Of a stretch of 64,000 bases of DNA, positions 49,896 to 60,360 are shown piece by piece. The notes under the pieces were generated by a model that did no database searches, was not told the origin of the DNA, and was given only the letters and a program-made list of their open reading frames with translations. Position numbers and translations under genes: made by a program. The first letter of the stretch is position 1; each line of letters opens with the position of its first letter. Source of the DNA: Mobula birostris (lineage: Eukaryota); assembly GCF_030028105.1 (NCBI RefSeq), contig NC_092379.1, forward strand, positions 20,065,309 to 20,129,308, in the 5' to 3' direction.

Positions 49896-51684
49896 TAGAA
49901 TTTCCAGCATCTGCAGAATTCCTGTTGTTTGCTTTGATGTACTGCCCTGTTTCCCATCACTCCGAATCCAACCTTGTGCCTGTCCATTGGATCACTGTGT
50001 TCACGGTGTCCTGGACAATATTTCTCCTTCAATGACATCACCAGAACAGACTGTCTGATCGTTCTCACCTTGTAGTTTGTGGATTCTGCTGTGTGCAGAG
50101 TGGCTCCACATTCCCGACTCTACAACAGGGCTGTACTTTGAAACTACTTCATTGCCTGTGAGGATCTCGGGGACACCATGAAAGCTGCTCTGTGAATGTC
50201 AGCACTTTATCTCACAACCACTTTTACTGAATCACCAGCAACACTGGTTAATGTAGGAAAGCACTTGTTAAACAAACCCAGTCGGGGGATGGAGGAGGGC
50301 AAGAAATTAGATGAGTTGCTCTGTCTGTGAACTGAGAATAAGCAGTTCATTTGAACAGTAAAGTTCAACTCGTGTCCCGTGAGTGTGTGATGGGACAAGT
50401 TGGGGGAAGTTTCACTCTGTGTCTAACCTCTGCTGCCCCTGCACTGGGAGGGATGGGACAGTGCAGAAGGATATTTATGTCTAATCCATGGCTGCCAGCA
50501 CAGGACATGGGAGCTGTAATCTGTATTTAACTCATGCTCTGTGTACTCTGGGGTGCTTGTTGGAATCCTTTGAGGAAGAATTTCCCAGATTTACAAGATA
50601 AATACTGATTCCATTGAATGACAGAGCAGAGAGTGAGGCCATTCATTCGATAGTGTCTGTGCTTCCCTTTAGCTGAGCAAACCCAATAAACCCATTGGTC
50701 TCTCTGCTCTTCCCTGTATCCCGACAAAAGGCGGATCTCCTCCTGTTCCCTCTCTACACTCACTATTGGCCACCACCATCATTCAGGCAGTGTGTTCCAG
50801 ATCACAAACGTTCATCAACAAACCTTCCCTTAAATACTCCCCTATTACACATTATTGACTTGAACGCTTCCCTCCCCACCCCACCTGCACCACTCCCCAC
50901 TCCCCCACCCACCAATGCAAGGCTGCCCGGAATGTGTGAAGGATTGTGATTTCAATTCCCTGCCTTACCTTTCCTGCACCACTTCCCCACTGCCTTCCCA
51001 ACTCCAAAATTCTTCCCCACCATACCCCAGCTCCTCACCCATCAGGGAATAAAGCTAAAACCTTCATGCCATCAATTAATCTGGGATATCGCCGATACTT
51101 TTGCTGTCGCGGGATGGACCTCAGGCCGGACATTACATGATGGGACTGACACCCACCTGTACCCTGGAGATATTGAGCCATCAACCAGGTCATACATGTG
51201 TACACCATTCCCTCAGATTATGTCTGAATCCCATTTCCTTCAACATGAAAGCAGCCGACAGTAAAACCCGATCCCAATAACTGGACACTGAACAGATCCA
51301 TTGTTGTCACTGACAGGGAACATGTTCAACTGCATTGAAACACTCAGCCCCTGAACGTGGCTTCAGTTGGTGCTGAGGATCAGAAGCCAGACTTGAACCA
51401 AACACTGAGCTCACTCAGCACAATCGGCCGGTGTCGAGGCACAGTCTGGCGACAAGATCCGACCCCATTCCCCTGAGCCTGTTCCCGGTCTGTGGACAGT
51501 TCACTGGTGGGTGGGGTATGTACCCTTGTACTGTTACTGGGCTCTAGAGAAACCCGCCGGTTCGGGGAGATTCATGTACTTGCTCTAAATATCTCACTGA
51601 TTTCAGATGAATCATCGAATTCGCCAAACCCGTAAATAAATAAAATACTAGCGCGTGAAGATACGATTGAGAAGTTGGTCTTAC

Positions 51685-51741
51685 CTGAAGTCACTGTCAG
51701 CGATGTTCCTCCGCCCCAGCAGATATGATTGTCACAGTTGC
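51685..51741 (-). CDS. JH-like segment (possibly germline-joined D-J): NCDNHICWGGGTSLTVTS
   Basis: WGxG motif, TVTS end, phase-1 donor G|GTAAGA at 51683-51684. Confidence 0.88.
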
Positions 51742-51769
51742 CACAGTGATACACCGCCGTACCGCAACC
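51742..51769 (+). other. Candidate 12-bp-spacer RSS 5' of the J segment
   Basis: CACAGTG (51742-51748) + 12 nt + ACCGCAACC (6/9 match to ACAAAAACC). Confidence 0.6.
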
Positions 51770-51779
51770 ACCGCCCCTC

Positions 51780-52177
51780 TCACAACCCTCTCTGGCTGTC
51801 CTTGGAAGAGGTGAATCGGCTCTGGTCTCCAGGCGCGTAGTACATGTAACTTTCTATTCTATACGCTAGCAACCACCCCAGCCCTTTCCCGGGACCTGTT
51901 TCACCCAGCTCATGTAGTAGTTGTTGATGTCGAACCCACTGACCGCACAGGTCAGTCTGTGGGAATGTCCGGGCTTTACCACCGCTGACTCGGGCTGTGT
52001 CAGCACGATGTCGGACCGCACGCCTGTCAATAAAAAAAGAGCAGAAATTAATAAAATGTTCCACGGGCAGAGGTTCACAAAGCCTCCGAGAAACAGCCGG
52101 TCCCGGGATGGCGACAAGCCGCGGGACACCCACCTGCCAGACAAGACAGGAGGAGACTGATGAGGAATGACCCCCAT
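51780..52177 (-). pseudogene. Second leader plus VH copy (pseudo-V2)
   Basis: Leader 52134-52177 is 44 nt (2-nt deletion versus V1). V exon from 52023 has a 1-nt deletion in FR2. FR3 is replaced after SKDS by unrelated G-rich sequence. Confidence 0.88.
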
Positions 52178-52301
52178 CGCCCTGAGAACTGAGCCGGACT
52201 TGGACGCTGTTGAGATTAGCGGCTTCAGCTCAGGCCGACTTTCGGGGTAAAGGCCGGTGGAAGCGCCCGAAGAGCCCAATTCCAAGAGTTTTGTGCGGTT
52301 A

Positions 52302-52340
52302 GGTTTGTGTATGGAGGGATCCGCCATCTGCCACACTGTG
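52302..52340 (-). other. 23-bp-spacer RSS 3' of V1
   Basis: CACAGTG (52340-52334) + 23 nt + ACACAAACC (8/9 match). Confidence 0.9.
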
Positions 52341-52713
52341 CCATCCCAACCATCACATCCCATAGTATAGCGCCTACGGTAACTCTGTATACTCTCGTAT
52401 ACATCGTAATAGCAGCCTTTCACACAGTAGTAGGTAGCCGTGTCGTCCAGTCTCAGGTTGTTCATTTGCAGATAGAAGTTGCTGCTGCCCTTGGAAGCGG
52501 TGAACCGGCTCTGGATTCCAGGCGCGTAGTACTTGTAACTTTCACTATAATACGATACCAACCACTCCAGCCCTTTCCCGGGGACCTGTTTCACCCAGTA
52601 CATGTAGCGGCTGCTGATATCGAACCCACTGACCGCACAGGTCAGTCTGTGGGAATGTCCGGGCTTTGCCACCACTGACTCGGGCTGTGTCAGCACGATG
52701 TCGGACCGCACGC
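52341..52713 (-). CDS. IgW-type VH exon (V1) with germline-encoded long CDR3 extension, intact
   Basis: AG acceptor 52714-52715; DIVLTQPES...LTC...[13 protein letters not shown]...[13 protein letters not shown]...DTATYYC, then [27 protein letters not shown] up to the heptamer. IgW rather than IgM is inferred from the FR1/FR3 pattern and the C exons. Confidence 0.9.
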
Positions 52714-52822
52714 CTGTCAATAAAAAAGAGCAAAATTAATAAAAATGTTCCACGGTTAGAGGTTCACAAAGCCTCCGAGAAACAGCCGGTCCCGGGAGGG
52801 CGACAAGCCGCGGGACACCCAC

Positions 52823-52868
52823 CTGCCAGACAAGACAGGAGGAGACAGAGATAAGGAACGACCCCCAT
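52823..52868 (-). CDS. V1 leader exon MGVVPYLCLLLSCLA(G)
   Basis: 46 nt, hydrophobic, phase-1 GT donor, in frame with the V exon (GVRS-DIVLT). Confidence 0.9.
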
Positions 52869-52954
52869 CGCCCTGAGCACTGAGCCGGACTTGGACACTT
52901 TTGAGATCGGCGGCTTCAGCTCAGGCCGGCTTCGTCCGGAGCCAGTGAGCGCTG

Positions 52955-52972
52955 TTTAAATAGGGACGTGGG
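52955..52972 (-). promoter_or_regulatory. TATA-like box (TATTTAAA) with an adjacent CACGTC motif
   Basis: About 87 nt upstream of the V1 ATG; no ATGCAAAT octamer seen nearby. Confidence 0.5.
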
Positions 52973-53269
52973 CTGTGAGTGAGAGAGGGAGCCGCGGTTT
53001 GAACAGACTCTCACACACTGAAACCAGAGGCGCAGCTTCCTGTCCCCACCCACAGCAGCGATTTCAATTCCCTAAAAGATGTTTGTCTCTGCAACAGGCG
53101 GCAGGTCAGCGGCCGTGACCAGATTCGGATTAAAGATCTGTCACACTCTGCTCGATTCAACAATTTCAGCGATGAACAGTTTGTGTAAATTGAAACACAG
53201 AATCCCAGCGAGGGACAATGAGAAACACTAGCCAGTTCACAGGTATCCCTCTGTAGATAGCGATCGAGA

Positions 53270-53465
53270 GACACCGGTCAGTGGACAGATACACACTTTA
53301 CAGACAGAGACGGCAAGACACGAGTCGATGGAAAGATAACTCCCTGAGAGACAGGGACTGAGGGAAACCAGTCAGTGGACAGATATCCCCGAGAGAAGGA
53401 CTGAGAGATACCAGTCAGTGGACAGATGTTCTCCTGAGAGACACCAGTCAGTGGACAGATACCCC
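53270..53465 (+). repeat. Four dispersed copies of cc(a/g)gtcagtggacagat
   Basis: Copies near 53274, 53369, 53411 and 53444 with variable spacers. Confidence 0.75.
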
Positions 53466-53999
53466 TCAGTTAAAGGGCAAATATACTCCTTAGTGACGGT
53501 CTGAGAGAGACTGGTCTGTGCAGGAAAATGTATTAAGCAACAAAAAAGTGTTACCACAAAATCTTCTGACTGCACCCAATCCACAAGAATCAATGTTAAA
53601 CAGGGATCCCTGGTGGAAATGGTTGGAATCTACACTGACTGATCAGAAAATTTCTCTTTCACACTTGACAACATGAATTTCAGTGCCAGGTTCTTCTCTG
53701 CAAAGGGGACATCTGACCACAGACTGGTGTTTCTGAGTCCATGTCTCTAAGGGGAATATCTGTCAGTCGACAAGATCAACACAATGTGGAAGCAGATGGC
53801 GTCAATGTTCAAGGAGATCAGTGAGGCTTGTCTACATTGCAGGGTTGGAAAGAAAAACAAAGAATGGATACAGTAGGAAACACGGACAGCTTTAGAAGAA
53901 AGATGGAAAATTAGGAAGAAAGTGTTCTAAATTGTAAAAACAAACTCTACTAGTGTGAATCTTAACTTGACTAACCCAAAGGTATTGGAATGGCAGGAT

Positions 54000-55315
54000 T
54001 TGTGAACATTTGGAGAGGTATAATACGATTAGGAATAGTCAGCATGGCTTTGTCAAGGGTAGGTCATGCCTTACGAGACTGATTGAATTTTTTGAGGATA
54101 TGAGTAAACACATTGATGAAGGAAGAGCAGTAGATGTAGTGTATACGGATTTCAGCAAGGGATTTGATAAGGTACCCCATGCAAGATTTATTGAGAAAGT
54201 AAGGAGGCATGGGATGCAAGGGAACATTGCTTTGTGGATCCAGAAATGGCTTGCCCACAGAAGGCAGAGAGTGGTTGTAGATGAGTCATATTCTGCTTGG
54301 AGGTCGGTGACCAGTGGTGTGCCTCAGGGATCTGTTCTGGGACCCTTACTCTTCGTGCTTTTTATAAATGACCTGGATGAGGAAGTGGAGAGATGGGTTA
54401 GTACGTTTGCTTTTGACACAAAGTTGGATGTGTTGTGGATAGTGTGGAGGGCTGTCAGAGGTTACAGCGGACATTGATAGGAAGCAAAACTGGGCTGAGA
54501 AGTGGCAGATGGAGTTCAATCCAGGTAAGTGTGAAGTGGTTAATTTTGGGAGGTTAAATATGATGGCAGAATATAGTATTAATGGTAAGACTCTTGGCAG
54601 TGTGGAAGATCAGAGGGATCTTGGGGTCCAAGTCCATAGGACACTCAAAGCAGCTGTGCAGGTTGACTCTGTGTTAAGCAGGCATATGGTGTATTGGCCT
54701 TCATTAATTGGGGAATTGAATTTAGAAACCGAGAGGTAATGTTGCAGCTATGTAGGACTCTGGTCAGACCCCACTTGGAGTACTGTGCTCAGTGCTGTTT
54801 GCCTCACTACAGGACAGATGTGGAAGCCATAGAAAGGGTGCAGAGGAGATTTACAAGGATGTTGCCTGGATTGAGGAGCATGCCTTATGAAAACAGGTTG
54901 AGTGAACTCGTTTTTTTCTCCTTGGAATGACGGAGGATGAGAGGTGACCTGATAGATGTGTATAAGATGATGAGAGACATTGATCATGTGGATAGTCAGA
55001 GGCTTTTTCCCAGGGCTGTAATGGTTGCCACAAGAGGACACAGGTTTAAAGTGCTGGGGAGTAGGTACAGAGCAGATGTCAGGAGTAAGTTTTTTATGCA
55101 GAGAGTGGTGAGTGCGTAGAATGGGCTGCCAGCAACGGTGGTGGAGGCAGATACGATAGGGTCTTTTAAGAGATTTTTAGATACGTACGTGGAGCTTAGA
55201 AAAATAGAGTGCAATGGGTAAGCCTAGTAATTTCTAAGGTAGAGACAGATTCGGCACAACTTTGTGGGCCGAAGGAACTGTATTGTGCTGTAGGTTTTTT
55301 ATGTTTCTATGTTTC
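54000..55315 (+). mobile_element. 5'-truncated CR1 LINE
   Basis: [10 protein letters not shown]...[11 protein letters not shown]...GSVLGPLLF; same family as the 39053-40774 copy. Confidence 0.88.
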
Positions 55316-55319
55316 AATG

Positions 55320-56190
55320 CAAAGTCAACATGAATTAAGGTGAAACTTCAATTGGCATTCACTGAAGCTAACAAAAAAGCGAAGAGTTTTGAAGAATGGA
55401 TAAGAGAGTCTACATGGAAGACCTTGCATGGCAGCTACAGCAGCAGCCAGTCAACATGATCAGGAAAATATATACAAGATTTCAAAATTGGTATGCAAGA
55501 AGTTCCAAGCCAGATCCAGTAGTCCTATGAGAGGTAAGAACTGTCTGCTTTAGACAAGAGCATGAAGCACGATGGACAGGGTATTTCAGAGATTTACTGA
55601 GTAGACGCAGAGGACCTTGACATCAATGCAGATCCACCCAAGAAAGAAGAGATTGTTACTGTGATTAAATCACGAAGAAACAGCAAAGCTCCAGAACATG
55701 ACAATTTGAAAGCAGAACTGTTCAAAGCTGAACCAAAAGTTGCAGCAGTCATCCTGCAACCACTGTTCATTATAATCTGGGAATGGGGACAAGTGCCCAC
55801 GGACTGGACAAAGGGAGTTAGGATCCCCTAGAAAGGAGCAATAAGTGATTGCAACAACCGGTGCAGCAAAACACTTTTGTCCGACCAAAGTCACTGTCCA
55901 ATGGATTATATCCAATGTGTGATTGAAGAAGGAGCAAGTTGGTTTCAGGAGGAATAGAGGCTCTGTCAACCGGATCTTCATGCTGTGTAACATCACAGAG
56001 CAGTGCACAGAGTGGCAGAGACAACTGTACATAAATTTCATGGACTTTGAGAAGGTTTTTGACAGCACTCACGGGGAGAGCCTCTGCTGAATACTCAGAT
56101 CATATGGGATCCCTTCCAAAATTGTTCAGCTTATCTTGAGTTTGTGTGCTAATTTCATGTTTAGAGCAGGTAAAGTTCTAGCCATTGCAT
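55320..56190 (+). mobile_element. Decayed RTE-clade LINE fragment
   Basis: KAPEHDNLKAELFK, VPTDWTKG, YINFMDFEKVFDS-like RT motifs. Confidence 0.6.
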
Positions 56191-58289
56191 TACAGGAATG
56201 ATGTGGATTCTTTGGAAAAGGTGAAGAGTAGATTCAGTTGAGTGTTGTTTGGATCGGAACTTATCAGGTGTCAGGAGAGGTTAGATAAACTTGGACTGTT
56301 TTTGCTGGAGCTTTGGAGACAGTGGGATGGACTGACAGAAGCATATAAATTTATGAGGAGCATTAATGGTCACAGACTTTTTTCCAGAGTAGAAACATTA
56401 AATGCCAAGAGAGCAGAGGTTTCAGGTGAGGGGGGAAAGTATAAATGAGATTTATGACGCAAAATTGTAGTCAGTACCTGGAATGTGTTGCCAGAGGAAT
56501 TGATAGCAACAGACAAAACAAGATTGATCACTGAAGAACCAAGTGGTACCAGCAACACCTAAACTAGTCACTGTTGATTAGGTTATTCAGTGAGTAAGTG
56601 CCACTTCCCAACACTGTCAAATATGGCTCGCATCACTTTACTAAAGTGATAGACGAATTGGGCAATTATTGTCTAATTAAGTCTGTCCTGTATTTCGAGA
56701 ATGGACATACTGGGCAATTTTTCCCATTCTTATGCAGATGTCAGTGTTATATCTGTACTGGAGCAGTTTAGTTGAAAGCATCATAATAATGGCATTGGGC
56801 CAGAGCACAAATTTCCTGCTTGTAGCGTAAATAATCTGAGCCAATCTCTGTTTTCTTTCCATCGGACCCAATATTTAAATTTGGTTCAAGTGAGCTTTAT
56901 ATTGTTACTTCTCAGAGGACAGATGTCTCCATACTTACATGGATGTCTTCTCCCTTCAGACTTTCAGTCCCATTAGTCTATCCTCTTTTCAGTAATACAA
57001 GAATTGTTTATTAGTATTGGTCCCTGAATCAAAAAAGTATTTCCATGCCTTGAGCAGCGAACTTATTCTTTCTACAAACATTTGTAGTAAGCCTACTTCC
57101 CCTGGAAGGTCCCCTGTTCAGATTAAGTCAAGCCACATCTCCGACAGGAAGCTGAGAAGGAAATATCCCCGATATCACTGCCCAGTTTCACCCACCTGTC
57201 AAGAATGAAAATATGAAATGTGTTTCTGGTAAATCAACAGCTGCACACAGAGATTCTGTTCAAATTTATCCCATGCACTGAGTGTCAGAAGGAGGTTGTT
57301 CAGCCCTCCAGTCTATGCCCTCTTAATCTGACCTGTGTCCGAGCTCCATTTACCCTCCTTGGCTCCACATATTTTAATAACTGAACTCAAACAACATTCT
57401 ACTAATTTTGAAGTTTCAACTGACACCTCCCACCCCTACCTCCCCAGTCTTGACCACTGCCCAGGGAGAGTTCCAGATTTCCAGTGCCCTGTATATCCTG
57501 AAGTAACAGATTCTTTGTGTTATTCTTCTGTGCCATTCCTGAATATTTTTAAACTCCTCAATTACACTGGCCTTCAATTTTCCACAATTCAGGGAACAAG
57601 AGACCTCACCGGATATTCTATCCCAGTCCCAGTGGCACTTCACTGGCCCTTGTCCACAGAAACCCCTCTCCAAGGAAGACATATCCTTCCTGAGGGTGGA
57701 TGCTAAGACTCACAGCCAGTGCTCCAGATGTGGTCTAATTAGATTTCTACTCCACAGCAGCATAATATCCACCCCTTGTATCCCTGTTTCCCCCATTAAC
57801 TGCAGCACATTGAGACCTTTGGCTGAAATTCATCCTCAAGATCAATTAGAACCCAAACCTGCCAGGGGTCTCTCACCCAAAGTGAACCTTTCACATTCCC
57901 TCTCTGTCCACTGGGATTGGTTGTTCCCTTATGGAATCTGCGTCACTCAGCTGACACAGCAGAAACAAGACCTCTCTTGAAACACGAGCTCACCAAACAA
58001 CAACCTCTGTGTCTGTGGGCAGCTTACCTCCTTATGTTTCTCACCACATCTGAGTATTTTCATATGTACCTGCCTCGACCAACCATTGGCTTGTATTCAT
58101 TACAGATTGTTTAAAACTTTCTAGGCTTACAGCTGTAAGTTAAAAATCTCACAGCTGGCTATCCCATTCCAGATCCCACTGCCTCTTTGTCCCATTCTGA
58201 ATTGAGATATGGGACATGCTCCACTCTACTCTCTCTACACCCATGACTGTGTGGCTTGGCACAGCTCAAATGCCATCTTCACATTTGTC

Positions 58290-59115
58290 TGTTGTTGGCA
58301 GAATCTCAGATGGTGACGAGGAGGGGTACAGAAGTGAGATCGATTGGCTGGTTGAGTGGTGACACACCAATGACCTTCACTCAATGTCAGTAAGAATAAT
58401 GAATCGATTGTGGCCTTCGGGAAGAGAACGTGGGGGGAAGACACACCAGGTATCATTGAGGGATCAGCAGTGGAAAGGGTGAGCAGTTTCAAGTTCCTGA
58501 CTGTCAACATCGCTAAAGATCCATCTTGGGTCCAACTTATTGATGAAATGACAAAGAAAGAATATTAGAGGTTAAATTTCATTGGGAGTTTGAGATGACT
58601 TGGTATGTCACCAGATACTCTAGCAAATTTCTACAGATGTACTATGGAGAGCATTCGATGTGGTTGCATCACCATCTGGTACAGACAGGCCACTGCACAG
58701 GATCAGAAAAAGCTGCAGAGAGTTGCAAACTCAGCCAGCTCCATCACGGGCACCATCTTCCCCAGCACTGAGGACATCTTCAAAAGGCAATGCCTCAAAA
58801 AGCCACATCCATCATTAAAGACCCACATCATACCGGACATGTTCTCCTCTTATTACTACCATCAGAGAGGAGGTACAGGAGCCTGGAGACACACACTCAA
58901 CATTTCAGGAAAAGCTTCTTCCCCTCTGCCATCAGGTTTCCCAACAGGCAATGAACCAACTTATGAACATGAACTCATATTTTTGCTCTTGATCTGCATG
59001 AGTTATGTATACATGTTCTTATTGTAATTGATGATTTTACATGTTGCACTGTACTGCTACCACAACACAACAAATTTCACTACATATGTCAGTGCTATCA
59101 AACGTGCTTCTGATA
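58290..59115 (+). mobile_element. Rex1/Babar-like LINE 3' fragment
   Basis: LANFYRCTMESI..GCITIWY...KKLQRV motif in ORF 58605-59027. Confidence 0.65.
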
Positions 59116-59829
59116 TTGACGGGGGTGAAGGCAGAAACTAGTTGAGTCTGACGATCTGATATACCTGACCGTAGGTGACCGGTCTGGGCCCAACTGCTAC
59201 CACTGGGAAATAACAGTTCCTGAGAAAGAGTTTGGGATTGGGTGATGGACAGAAAAGCGAAGGGAAAATAAAGAGCAAGGAACATACAGAGGAAGGAGGA
59301 AGAGGATAAGAGACAAGAAGTGGGAAAGAATGAAATGGGGAGGAAGTGATGAAAGGGTGACAGAAAGGGGAAAGAGGAAATGAGAGAGAAACGATGTGGA
59401 TATGCAGTGAGTGTGGGGAGAACAGGAGAGTGAAAGTCCCAGGAAGAGATAAAGGGAGTGGGATGATTAGTGATTATTTACAATAGCTTTAATCCCTCTG
59501 AAGAATGAACCACCTTTCTCCTCCACACTATCAGGTATTTTAATCATCTGTGACGTGGAAATATGCTTTACCCTTCAACCTTCTCATGACCCTCCTTTCC
59601 AGGGTGTATTTGAGCAGCTAAAACATTCACATATTACTAATGAGGTCAAAATGTCCCCCTGTTTTCACAGGAAAGAGCCCAAAAATTGAATCCAGTACAT
59701 TCCAGCATCAAGGAGACAGTGAGTGTCCCTGTTGGGAGAATTTCATGGGACCGGGTAAAAGGAGTGTGCAGATTGCTTTTTGTCCAAGTTAAACATAGGT
59801 TTTCATGCCTACATTAACCTGGGTGAAAC

Positions 59830-60360
59830 TTCTTGAACCCTCAGTTCTGGTTGCTCCATTGTAAGGATGTGGAGGCTTTGGAGAGGGTGAACGAGGTGTC
59901 CACGAGCACATTGCCTGGATTAGAGAATATTAGTTGTAAGGAGTGGTTGAACAATCTTTGACTGTTTACTCTGGAGCGTAGGCTGAGAGGCAACCTGAAA
60001 GAGGCTTATAGAAGTATAAGGGTCATCGATAAGTTTGACAGTCAGAGTCATTTTCTCAGGGTAAATCGTCATATTCAAAAGGACAGAGATTTAAGGTGAG
60101 GGGTATAACATTCAAACGAGATCTGTGGGTTGTATTTTTTACACAGAGTGATAGCTGCCTGGAATGCACTGGCAGGAGTGGTGGTGAATCAGCATGATAG
60201 GACAGTTGAGATACATTTGAAAAAGCATGTGACCGTTCAGGATATGGAGGGATATGGATTCTGTGCAGATAGTTCAGTTTAGATTAATTTGGTGTTGTGG
60301 TTGTCACAGTCATCATGGGCTGAAGGGCCTGTTCCTGTGCTGTACTGCTCTGTGTTGTAG
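59830..60360 (+). mobile_element. Old CR1 3' fragment
   Basis: Degenerate match to the CR1 3' end (ttttacacagagtg..., gggctgaagggcctgtt). Confidence 0.55.

Noticed and set aside
52341-52713. IgNAR V, NAR-TCR or TCR V identity
   Set aside because: Full FR2/CDR2 with [12 protein letters not shown] and a WGxG J indicate a conventional VH; V37/G44/L45/W47 are retained, which also tempers the heavy-chain-only hypothesis.
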